Source of the DNA: Callorhinchus milii
Lineage: Eukaryota
Assembly (NCBI RefSeq): GCF_018977255.1
Contig: NW_024704743.1
Span: forward strand, 57,042,001 to 57,106,000
Direction of reading: 5' to 3'
DNA: 64,000 bases
The translations under genes and the position numbers were made by a program. Shown here piece by piece: positions 23,068-35,490 of this stretch. Below the pieces are notes generated by a model, which made no database searches, was not told where the DNA came from, and was given only the letters and a program-made list of their open reading frames with translations. The stretch's first letter is position 1; each line of letters opens with the position of its first letter.

Positions 23068-24515
23068 CTGAAAGCAACAAAAAGTTATCATTAATATGGG
23101 GGTGGGGGGAAGGGTTTGGCGCAGAAGGAGTAGAATTGCTGCATTATTTTCTTAGCATTTCAGACAGAGCATGTAAAATTTGGCAAATTCTTAAATATAA
23201 TCTTAGTTTTGAAACTGATCTTCCCTAGGTCTGTTTAAGAAAACCAACATCAACATCAAGACTGAATTTAAGAATTTGCCAAATTGTTTGAGTCCAGAAA
23301 TCCAGGCAGAGTATTTGTTATTGATGAAAAGCCAAAATGCATGTTGAGTCTTCACACCACAATACTACTACGTTAATGTAAAGTACATTCCCAGCACTAT
23401 ATAATAAAATAGTAACATCACGAACTGGAATTTTGCATAAACTGTTATAGTTTGAACTACCTGTATTTGAGTCACCTTTCAACAGGAGCTGAACGGAATG
23501 AATTTCTGTATCAATGATTCGTCTGCCTTTCAAATCCTGCAATGATCTGTTATCAATGGTGCCCTGATGTACTGTGGACCTGTCTGGCTCAGGAACTGGA
23601 CTATTGCACTATTGAGGGTTGACTCAATCCGACATTTGTGTCAGGCATGTTGCCTTGGAGTCAGCTCAGTTCCAAGGAGACCCCGCTTACTCTCACCACC
23701 CCCCCAGCCTGAATTTGCCCTTTGCAATTCTAAACCTATGTCCTCTTGTTCAGTTGTCTTGCTGCATACTAAATTATTGTTCTGGATTTATCTTTCCCAT
23801 TTAAAAATTTATACACTTCTATGAGGTCCCCTTTGAGTCGTCTTCTCTCAAGACTGCATACATGTGGACAAAGGCTTGAAATTACTCGTAGTTCCAAGAC
23901 AGATCTCAGGCCTTAGGGCCACAGGTGTCTTATAACCCAACAACGCTCATTGTTCAGGCTTTTACATGAGGGTGGAAACCTGGTTCTGGGATCGAGGGCC
24001 ACAAAAGTGTTGCTAAAATACCCAGCTCAAGGGGATATACAGGAGCGAAGAGGAGAAAATTGGAGAGAAATCTGAAGTAGAAAATATAAAGTAAAACATA
24101 ACTTAATATCACAACACAGAATAATAATGAAGTACATGTTACAATTTATTATTTGCACTAAAGACATTTTTTTTTGAAAATTATCCTCAAATATCATTCA
24201 TATGGTAGTGTGATCAAAATATAATCCCATGTATTTATGACTCAATGGAATTGGTTATGTCCAAGATTCCCTCACGCCAGGCTTTACAGCTGTACAACAC
24301 AATCCTAGGCTTCCAGGAATGACATTGTATGCAGTGCATCTGTTTCTCTGTGATTCTCCAAGTTACTAATGACTTCAGGTGGATGAACTTTGCTTTAGTC
24401 AATCTTTTGTCAGATTTAGTTGATAGTTACCACACAGTATTTTATATAAAGGTAACTTGACACACGTTGGTTTTATATGAACACATTTTGATCTGATTTT
24501 AAGAAAATAACTTAC

Positions 24516-24637
24516 AATGAACCGTCCAGTTTTATTCGAACACCCGAACAATCGGGGTGGATGGTCATCACTACCGCTTTGTAGCAGAGCTGATGTCTGA
24601 TATTCCTTCTTTCCATCAAGCGATTTCCAAAAGTCAT
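24516..24637 (-). CDS. SCIN: Scinderin exon 13 (122 bp)
   Basis: tgtcag|(D)[40 protein letters not shown]|gtaagt. Confidence 0.94.
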
Positions 24638-25489
24638 CTGACAGATAAATTATTATTATTAAATTATTATTGAATGAAAATGTTTTAGAAGGAGCAGAGA
24701 AATAGAATTACATAAGGCATTATAACATGGAAACAAACCATTTTGCTCTCAGTCCATGCTAATGTTTATACTCCGTATGATCCTCCACTTTTCCCAATCC
24801 CCCCTTCTCCCTCATGCATGCATTAAATTTCCCCTCAAACAAATTGATTTTTTCAGCTTGAAACACAACTTACATAAGTGAGGTCCCCATTCCAGTAAAG
24901 ACGTCCCTCCTAAACTCTGATTTAGATTGGTTACTTGCAATCTAATATGGTATGCCCCCTCATTTTGGAATGAAATGTAACATAACAGCCAATTTACCTA
25001 TCCTACTATTGTATCAATATACACATTAAAATGATCTTCAAATTTGTTCATAGGAATGCAGGAACAGGCATAAGCCAATTGTCACATCAAGTCCGTTCTG
25101 CCTTTTTATTAGATCGTGGCTGCTCTTTGTACATAATCCCATTTCCTTGCTCTTCCTCCATATTCCTTAATGCTCTTACTTCCCAACTATGCATCTATCT
25201 CCCTTCTAAATGCCTCAATCAATTTTATATTTACTACCTTCTGGTGAAGTACATTTGGCATTCTCATAACATATTGAAATGTTTGCAGGTTTACCTAAAG
25301 TACATTGGCATTTTAAAGCCCTATGAAAGCACCATTTAAGTTCTCTTTTCCTTGCACTGTCTTTGACTGTCATTATGCTTTTTCGAGAACATATCTCATG
25401 ATTTTGCAGATTTTTGTGACACCAACTTGCATTAAAACAGCACCTGGAAGACGTGAAAAGCGCTATATCAAATGCAAGAATTATTATGT

Positions 25490-25806
25490 GGAGTCCTGTA
25501 GCTCAGTGGTTAGAGCACTCGCTTTACAAGCGAGAGACCTGAGTTCAATTCCAGGCAGGGCGAAACCTTGGGCAAGTTTCCTTACTTCACACGCCTAATA
25601 ATAATCCCTCCAAAAAACAAAACAATAATAAAAAAAAATTGTCATTTTCAATCTACGACTGTTTGTGGGACATTGCTGTGCGCAATTGGCTGCTGCGTTC
25701 GCCCACAAATATACAGTCGATTCACTTTACAGTGTGTTCTGTGAAGCGTTTTGGGACGTCCTCCCGACGTGAAAAGCGCTATATCAAATATTATTATTAT
25801 TATTAT
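25490..25806 (+). mobile_element. Young full-length tRNA-derived SINE, preceded by a separate SINE tail fragment (25450-25487)
   Basis: Near-identical to the 15357 copy. Confidence 0.92.
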
Positions 25807-27367
25807 TTCACATAAGCGTGCATCTCAAAACAGCAGCACGAGCCACTTCATCCAACTTTTCGAACTCTGCCAGTTTGCCATTTAGTTTTGTAATCCGACA
25901 TTTACAAAATGAAAGTGATATTGATATTGCATTTTGGAACTCAGGAAAAGGTTGGTTGGTTCAAAAAATCCTTTGACAACACTGGCAAGATGTTGTGAGA
26001 ATACATCAATAGAACATAAACCAACAGCAGAAACAGCTCAGTGATTGTGCGCGAGAACAGGAAAGCAAAGGCTACCAGTTCCCCAATATTAAAAAGAAAA
26101 TTGACGAACTGGGTTATTAATAAACTGAATTATTAGTAAGCGTTCCCCCACAAAATAGTCGCATCACTTTACAGTGTATCCTGCAAAGGACTTTTTCAAA
26201 GACTTATTCGATCTTTGAATCAAATGTAAGGATTATTATTTTTACATTTTTAGTTTTCATTGCTTACTTTGAAAATAAATGATTTGGAAGGCCAACTGGG
26301 GCAACAAACAGAACTAACTGCTGCAGGAAAGCAGAGCCTTTCACAAACAAAGGATTTCATTTTTATTCATGGGGCAGGGTAGCTGCAGGTGGTGGTGGTG
26401 GGAGGAATTTAAGGGATGTCATGTGATAAATATTCACTAGGGCAGAATTTGTGGTCATTTTTGTTTCATGTTAATTCCTGCTTTGGGGCTCCTCTGACTC
26501 CTGCAGAATAGCCTCTCCCTCCACGTGATTCAGAACTGAATTGGCAGCCTGATTCAAGACTTTTCATATTAGCCTAGCATTTTTTAATAGATTGATGAGT
26601 AAAAATTCTATTCAGTGCCTGACACGTTGCCTTTGCAGTGTTGATCACTGACGGGATTTCCCACTATTGCTGCCAGACAGGAAATGTAAAAATAATTCAC
26701 TTGTGTAATTATTTATAAAATATTATTTTTTTAAAAAAAGACACTTTTAAAAAAGAAGCCTACAGAGAAAATCTAAAAGAGCAGCTCCAATGGTGTATCA
26801 ATATCATAGAAATTTACAGCATAGCAGAAGGCTATTCGGCCCATTGTGTACGTGTTGGCTCATTTAGGAGCAATTCGTTCAGTCGTATTTCTGTGCCTTT
26901 TTCCATATTTCTGTTATTTACTCTGTGTTAGGTATTTAGCTAGTTCCTTTTGAAAGATAATGGATAGACCTGCAGTTTACGGATCTGGAGCACACTGATC
27001 CAAAGCTTTTCCCAGGGATTGGAGAGGCTAAAATCAGTTTGGTTTACTGGTCCTGCTCCCTCTTCAGCATTCTCTATTAGTAGTGTGCATGTGTGGCAGG
27101 AAAGTGGGAATATATGCCATGGTCAGTGTGACATCCTCTACACTAGGTTAGCCTGCCGATCTTCAGTGCCAAGGCACACACATAAATCAAGGTCACGTGG
27201 ATGGTTTACAGGTGGGCAATGAATGCCTTTGGAACTGTAGGCCAGCATGAGGAGGCAGGGGACCAGGAGCAGAGAGCCATATGCTAATGGGTAGAAATCA
27301 ATTGGACACAATTAAAATTACAGAAATGATCTTCATATATATATATATACTTCTTTCAGGTCTTTAC

Positions 27368-27542
27368 CTGGTTCATTCTCTTCAATAATACTGGTCGCCT
27401 GACACTTTAGTACAGACAACAGGTATTGGGCCCCTGCCTCCTCCTCACAGCTCGCTCCTTTTCCAACCCAGATATAGGCAGCATTTGGTATCTTGAGCAC
27501 GAAAACGTCATTGGAATTCAAAGACTGGGCATCAAAATCAAC
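27368..27542 (-). CDS. SCIN: Scinderin exon 12 (175 bp)
   Basis: tgtcag|[58 protein letters not shown]+G|gtaaag. Confidence 0.94.
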
Positions 27543-28589
27543 CTGACAGAGGAGAAGAGACAGTGTTCAATTTCTCCAGGAATTCATTCATCCCATGTAC
27601 TTGCTTGTTCAGAAGAATGGCTCTTCTTACTGCTCACTCATCCACTCTGGAATAAGATGAAATGCAGAAATTCACCAGTGAAAGCTACCAGTAAGAAGTG
27701 AACTTCGTGGATATCTTGAATCACGTAGCTACATGCATGACAAGTCAAACACCAAAAACGGCACAGTTTCATTGATGTATCAATGCACCCAGGAGTCCTG
27801 ATTTGGCAGAGGTGAAGAGTATAGCCATGTAGTGTAGTACTTTCTCAGCTCGGACCAGTACTATTTAAATAATGAAAAAGTAAATGAAAGCCTCCTTTTA
27901 TGTTTCATTGAAAAATGAAAGTGAGATTGGCTTCTGAATGCACATCCAGGTACCTGCAGGATTCTCTGTTTACATCTTTTGTGAGCATTGCAAATTAGAG
28001 CCCAGGGTGTAATGCATAAAACAGTAAAGGCTCAAAATTCCACTCAGTCACATCCTGAAGGACCTGATCTGAAATTTCAGATTGTGTGGAATTGTGGAAA
28101 ATTCTTCAGGTTATTTGGAAGCCGGTTCTTCTTAAGAACTGAAGAAAACCAGCATCCAAATTGTTATTAATAATAATAATCATTCATGCATTTCATATAT
28201 CACCTTATCTTGTAATCAGAATATTTCAAAACATTCCATAGAAATCACAGATTTTCTAGATGAATGTGGCAGCCAATATGCGCTCAGCAATGTCTGACAG
28301 TCATGAAGTGAATGACCAATTATATCTGGAGAATTGTTGGCCAGAACATTAGGAGAAATTCCCTTCTCTTTTTAAGCAGTGCCGTGAGTTATTTAAAGTC
28401 CACCTGAACAGGCACTTTGTTTTAAAAATGACATTTCCAATAATCCAGTGCACCCCCAGCACCACATTAAGTGTCAGCCGGGACAGTGAGCTCCAAGTCC
28501 TGTCAGTTGGTAGCCCTCTCACCTCTGAGTCAGAAGGTTACATATCCAAGTCCCCACGTTTTGTCTTTGAACTCACATTGTCTAAGATG

Positions 28590-28895
28590 GCAAACTGACA
28601 ATGCAGTGCTGCAGTGTTGCATTGTCAGAGATGCCATCCATCAGATAAAATGTCAAATCAAGGTCCCATCTGCCTGTTCAGGTGGACTTTGAAGATCCCA
28701 TTGTACTAATCGAAAAGAGAAGGGAGTTTCTCCTGGTGTCCTGGCCAACGTTCCCCCAAATAAAACTGGTCATTAATTTTATGGCTGTTTGTTGGGACAC
28801 TGCTATGTGCATTGGGGCTGCTGCGTTTGCCTACAAGTACACAGTCAATCCGCAGTAAATACTATGAAGGGCTTTGGTACGTCCTTCGGACATGA
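28590..28895 (+). mobile_element. Old Deu-domain SINE
   Basis: CTGCCTGTTCAGGTGGAC..AAGATCCCA..GGGAGTTTCTCCTGGTGTCCTGGCCAAC core, shared with copies at 35165, 53020 and 60400. Confidence 0.75.
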
Positions 28896-30625
28896 ATGGG
28901 CTCCACTGGCTCACCATCCTCCAGAGGATAGAGTTCAGAATCCTAGTCCTCGCCTTCAAGGCCCTCCACGGCCTTGCTTCTTACTACCTCTGCGACTGGT
29001 GACCCCATATCAACTGGACTGCTCAATGTTACCTGCCTGGCCTGCCCCACCATTGGTGGTCAAGCCTTCAGCCTTTCTGCCCCCACCCTTTGAAACTCCA
29101 TCCCACATTAACTTCACCTCCCTGCCTCCACCCTTTAGACCCCCAGCTCGGTCCAAATCCCTGACTGTTCAGCACGTTGGGACGTCCTCCTACAATTTTG
29201 TATTGTATTGTACGAACGGTGTTATACCAAATCCATAGATTATTATTATGATTATTAAAGTAAAGCCATGGTCTTTATTTACTCTATATACATGTCATGT
29301 TCTAAAATAAATAAAATAATCTTTGCATTTGATATAGCGCTATTCATGTCTTTTAGACTTCTCAAAGCGCTTCACAGAATACACTGTAAAGTGAATTGAC
29401 TGAATAATTGTGGGCGAATATACAGAATAAAAATACTCTGAATACAGTCTCCTGAATTACTGAACTCTGGGTTCAAAAACTGAATGGAAAGAATACACAA
29501 TCACTAAAGCTCCCTCCTCACATAATCACGCCCATATTAGATACGATTTAAATTCATCACCAGTGCCGCTATTTCTAAATTAATCCATTGAGTTCGAAAA
29601 ATAATGATGTAACCACAGATTAAACACTGACTGCGCTGCTTCTAGTTCTGTGACCTCCATTTCATACCCCACAGCATCACATGTTATCTATCAGGTTTCA
29701 GTCAAGGAGAAATATCACCGTCACTCAATGAATAAAATGCATTCTTAAATAATATTTTGGTCAATACAACATGTTCGTTAATAGTCAATTTGAACCATGG
29801 ATTCAGTAACGCTGGTTGAGTGAAAATAATTTTTCCTGTTTTATGTGAACGATGAAATTGCAGTGCAAATACCTTCTGGAATATCACATTTAAATTCAAT
29901 GATTTACAATATTCTGTACATATAAAATTTGTAATGGAATGGCCCAGAATAAAAAAAATAAGCCTGTCAGTACATTTCCAGTTATATAATGATGTACCAG
30001 GTTATTGTGGCTGCATCATTACCTGGTGGATGGAAATCTGCAATATTAACCTGCTTCCAAATCCTACAGTAATTGGCAACACTACAGCAATCACACTGAT
30101 GGATTCACAGGTGAGAGGCAGGGGAATGGCACCTTAGCACTGTGCAAAACATCCCACTTCTTTTGAGTTATTGGGGTTTATTTGGGGGCATTTCTTAACA
30201 GGATTCCTTAATAAAAGAGAAGGGAGTTTCTCCCAGTCTCCTGGCCAACAATGTCGGGGAGAAAATGGAGGCGACTCACAGTAGAAGAAGAAAGTCTTAG
30301 GTGTGATCTGAAGAAGGGCAAAGAGGAAGAAAGGTAGAGGGATTGAGGCAGAAATTTCCAGTGGTTCAGGGCACAAACCCTTACAGCAGGTAGTGCATCT
30401 GTTCTGGTTGATGCTGTTACTGTCTGGGAAAGGCATGTGTCTTCCCGCAATGTTCTACTTTTATAAATGATAGTGAACTATCTAGTTAATGACACACAAC
30501 ATTGCCTTTGTAAATGAAGTTTACACTAGATACTCCCCATATCCTGCAATGTTGCTTTTTCAAAGAATTCAAAAACTTTTATTCAACAACACCTTTTGTG
30601 GTATTAATGTTGCTCAGTCTCTTAC

Positions 30626-30796
30626 CTCCACAATTCTGGTAATAGTTGCCAAGTTTCTTCTGATTTGAAAAAGACGTTTTGAGGGAACAGGGTTCTGATT
30701 TCCTTTCCGCGATGTTCCACTTTTATAAATGATGAGTGGTTTGTTTTTAAACAAACTGAGCAAATGGGAAGGCTCCTTGCCTTGAGTCACCCGAAC
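30626..30796 (-). CDS. SCIN: Scinderin exon 11 (171 bp)
   Basis: ctaaag|[57 protein letters not shown]|gtaaga. Confidence 0.94.
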
Positions 30797-33588
30797 CTTT
30801 AGAAGAAAAAAAAATCAATGAGACCTATTGCCTGACTTAGGCCATGAATTATGGTATTTTAATGTTACGGCATCGACCATCTTATTTCCTGCACAGTAAC
30901 AATTACTAACACTCTCATTAAAGTCGTGGCTAAGCAGCTGCACATCCAAAGCTGCCACTTAACATTATCTTCATCACAAACCTATATTCAGAATTGTTCT
31001 TCTGGACAACAACACTTATAATTTCAGCACGGATTAGACACTATCCTATTTTGCAACAGAACAATATGTCAGCCTGACTCAGTTAGTAGCTGAGTCAGAA
31101 GATTCTGGGTTCAAGTCCCATTTGGGGGCTTTGAGTTCAAAGTCTCGGGCTGCCACTGCAAATCCGTCCTGGAGGTATACCGCATTATCGGAGGTGCCAT
31201 CCTTCAGCTAAGATGTTCAAGTGAGGTCCTTTCTGTGTGTTCAGGTAAATGTTAAAAATGCCATGACAATTCTCCAGATTGCCTTGTCTCAAAGACTTAT
31301 TTTTAGAACTTGTATTGAAAAATCTCACAAACACACTCGATTACATATAGTACAATGATGTTCACCCCAGCAACCTTGGTAGAATGGTATAGTCTGAGCG
31401 ATGGTACAGTTTGAGGGAATCCCCACATTAAAACACTGCCCTGACACTATTTAGTGGCATTTGAATCCAGCAGCAAAGGGAAATTACTGAATAAAAACAG
31501 TTTTTTTTCTGCTGGATTCAAATTCTACCTGTGGGAAGCCAGCTTGGACAAATTTCATCCTTCTGAAACTAGGGATCATCCTAGACTGTTTGAACCCACA
31601 ATTCTTTGACCCAGAGGCAAGAATTTTACGAACTGTTGTAAGATCTTGGCTGTTTACTCTGTATCACAGATCCCCCCAACTTGGTATTTTATGAAAATGT
31701 AACCATCTTGTATACTGAGTCTACAAATGCAATAATAATGATCCTTACATTTGGTTATAGCACCTTTCATATTGTAAGGACGTCTCAAGGTACTTCACAG
31801 GATATACTGCAAAGTGAGGTGAATGTGTGTTTTGTGGGCAAACATGGCAGCCAGTTTGTACCAGCAATGTCCCAAAACAGCCATGGGGTGAGTGACCATT
31901 TTATTTGGGGGATTGTTGGCTTGACACTGGGAGAAACTCATCTTTTTTCAAATAGTGCCGTGGGATCTTTAACATCCACCTGAACAAGCTGCCACGGCCC
32001 CTCTTTAACATCTCATTTGGAGGATATGACAAGACACAACAAATTTACTGAAAATTAATGGATTGTTTTTCACCACAATATTTACCATGTTATTTTTACA
32101 AACGTTTTAGACATGTCACTTCAATATTTTTTAAAACCTGACAGATTTTTACAGCATGCATGAAGTGGATTCTTTTTGGATGACCATTTTCCATTTTTTT
32201 TTCCTTTTTAAGCCTTTTCAGATGTTCTCCCAAACAGGATACATTGGCTGATTTTAATGATTCCAGTGGAAGGTAGGTGCTGTTTCCTCTGTAAAGGGTA
32301 CTCGCAGAATTTGACATTTAGCTTGGAGACAACAGTGGGGCATGAATGATTTACTTCCAGCAGCAGCCTCTTCCCTCCAGAATTTTACAAGAGTAGTATT
32401 GATTTGACGTATTTACAAAGAAGTCCAATAACAGGCCAAGAAAAATGGAAAAAAACAGGATTGCAGCCAAGAACTGATCCTCAAACATTTAGTTTTTCAC
32501 TGAACATAATTCATATAAACGCCAGTGACTTTTTTCAATACAGTGCTGTCTCACTTATAGCATGGAACTAACTGCAAACACAGTACTCCCAGCTTCTGGA
32601 GCTGAGTCACTGAGTTATTGGGTCACTGCTAATGTTACCTCTTGTGCATTGTGCCAATGTGCATTTATCAAGAATAACAGCTCATCAAGGATTTTCTTGA
32701 AACTCAGAATCAATTTTTTTTCAAGCTCATAGAAACATCTGCTTTTTTTCAAACAAGTTCTGGCTTTCTGAGCAACAATGGGGACCTCTAGTGGCACAAT
32801 GTCACCAGGCATTGTGGAACAGGGATAACATTTGCAGCAAGTACTACCTCACTCAATGTTATGACCTGGCTTCTCCTAAATAGTTGATAACTATCACATT
32901 AATCTTTGATTATCTACAGTGATATAGTCCCTATAACACTGAACTGTTTCAAAATTCTTCATATTGTTTTGTAAAGAGTAATGACTGGATTTATGGACAA
33001 ATGATGTGCACAGCCCCACAAACTGTCATGAAATCAATTAACAATTTTAGATGGAGGATTGTTAAGCTGGACTGAGGGAAACTCCTTTGTCTTTCTGAAT
33101 AGTGTCATGGGATCTTTAATGTCCACCTGAACAGATGTGGTGCTAGTCTGCTTTGTGCCGAACCACTGTCATGGAAGCTTGGAGGGAAGGTATCATCTGC
33201 AAAACAGTCTTTAGTTATTGACTGTCTCAAGCACATATATCATTTATCACCAGTAATAATTAACACATCACATATCATAGATTCCCTCCAAATATGTGGA
33301 TGCCAGGTGATATCCCATGACCGAACAGCTTGGTACTGCTTCCAATCCCAATATATTCTAATACAATTTGTACCTCTTACACCAATAAAGCCACGTGTTG
33401 TCAACAATCAAACAATCTTTCACTGTTTGAGCTCACAAATGAAGAGTGATCGCTCAGGGCAATCTCAGACCCTGTGGTGTGCTTGGAATGATGCTCTCCT
33501 GGTACCCATGGTGTCAGAACGTAATGGAAATAAACAAGTAACGGGAACAAAAGTATAAAATTCCTACTTCAAAAATATAAAAACTTAC

Positions 33589-33679
33589 TTGAACAGCTCC
33601 TCCGCCAAGTGACCGATCGAGATGGACGGTGAGGAATGCGGACATGGTGATTTCATCTTTTGTTGCAGTCATTCCTTGC
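33589..33679 (-). CDS. SCIN: Scinderin exon 10 (91 bp)
   Basis: tttcag|(W)[30 protein letters not shown]|gtaagt. Confidence 0.94.
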
Positions 33680-35164
33680 CTGAAATAAAGCAAAGAGTTT
33701 TGCTCAATGCATTTTTAAAAAGAGTTTTGATTTCAACAATCCAATGTGGAAAAAAACAGAGTAGCTGTGATGAAGCACTTTAATAATAGTAATCCTTTGC
33801 TAGAGCATCTTTCATACCAGGAATACACTTCACAGGATATGCTGTAAAGTAAAGTGACGGAGTATTTTGTGGGCAAACGCAGCGGCCAATTTGCGCACAC
33901 CACAATCCCAGCACTGCAATGAAGTGCCATCTTAGACTATATGAGTTCTAGGTTCCAACGTGGGGCTTGAACCCACAAACTTCTTCATTCAGAGACAAGA
34001 GTGTACCAACTGAGCCAGACTGACAGTTTTTATCACACTATCACATGAGTTTGAGCTCCTGATCCACCACACACTGCTGATGTCTTGAACCCATCATACT
34101 GCTGATTGAAAGCAAGCAGCACCTCCTATAAGTAAATAACCTGTGACTTAAAGTTTGTCTTCTCTATATAATAAGGAATAATAATAATAATCCTTACATT
34201 TGGTATAGTGTCTTTCATTTCAGGAAGAAATCTCAAAGCGCTTCACAGGATATACTGTAAAATGGAGTGAATGTGTGCCTACATGGTGAACTACAAGCAT
34301 TTCAGCATGACTGAAGATTTCATTGAAGCTGACTCAAGATCTCATTGATTTTTTTGTGCATAGGTTGGATGCATGGAGCTCTAATTTGGTTTGGATATTT
34401 TAAGCATGAGCTTCAGTATGTGTCAGACACCCGCTGACCAAATAAAAATTGAAGCTGAGTTCTCATGAAACTTTGTTGGGGTTTTCTAGGGGACACACTA
34501 AACATCCAAAAGTGCCATTCATGCCGATGTTTGCCCCACAAACACTTTCCAATCCCAATGTATTGTATTCAATTGGTATCACCCACCCCAAACAATCTTT
34601 CACTGAAATGCTGACCTTGAAATGTCTTGTATCTATTTCAAGGACACAGCTACTAAATAAGAGAGCTTTGCATTGGTTTCAGATTTTTAAATACATTTTA
34701 GAAATAAAAACTAAATGGAGGTATCCCTTGACATATTGAGTTCCTGTTATTGTCACTTACAGTTTGGCAGCCCCAAAACCACAACAATAATTGTGAGTTA
34801 CAAGGGCTGATGTTGACTCCAGTACAGCGCTGACTTTCTCAGGAATAAAGATAGGCTTTTTGGAAAAAAAATTCTGATATACTGAATCAGACACTTTACC
34901 CACTGACTGCTACCTTGCTTTTGAGTTAATTGGGATCTCACTCTCCTTTCTACTGGAGACTGTCAACTCTCAAACGTGATCATAAGGAGCCTGGCATATG
35001 TATATCAGAATGTGGTGTGAACACCTGATAGCAGAGGGGAATGGTCATGTAAAAGGAATGTGATCCACTAAAGAATGAATAGAGTATTGAAGAATGGGAA
35101 AGCTGAGTAAATGGAAAAAGAGTCAAATTGATGAGTCAAAATAAAGCAGAATGAATAATCCGTG

Positions 35165-35490
35165 TGTCAGCCTGGCTCAGCTGGTAGCACTTTCACCAAT
35201 GAGTCAGTTGGTTGTGGATTCAAGACATATAGTCAAAATTGACACTCCAATGCAGTGCTGGAGGGATTGTTTCCTTGTCAGAGTTGTCATCCTTCGGATG
35301 AGATGTTAAATCAAGCTCCCATCTGCCTTTTCAGGTGGATGTTAAAGATCCCATGGCACTATTTGGAAAGAGAAGGGAGTTTCTCCCAGTGTTCTGGTAC
35401 ACGAACCTACCCAATAAAATTGGTCACTTACATCATGGCTGATTGTGGGATCTTGCTGTGCACAAACTGGCGGCTGCCTTTCACCCACTA
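35165..35490 (+). mobile_element. Old Deu-domain SINE with tRNA-like head
   Basis: TGGCTCAGCTGGTAGCAC head and Deu core GGATGAGATGTTAAA..CAGGTGGATGTTAAAGATCCCATGGCACTATT. Confidence 0.8.
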
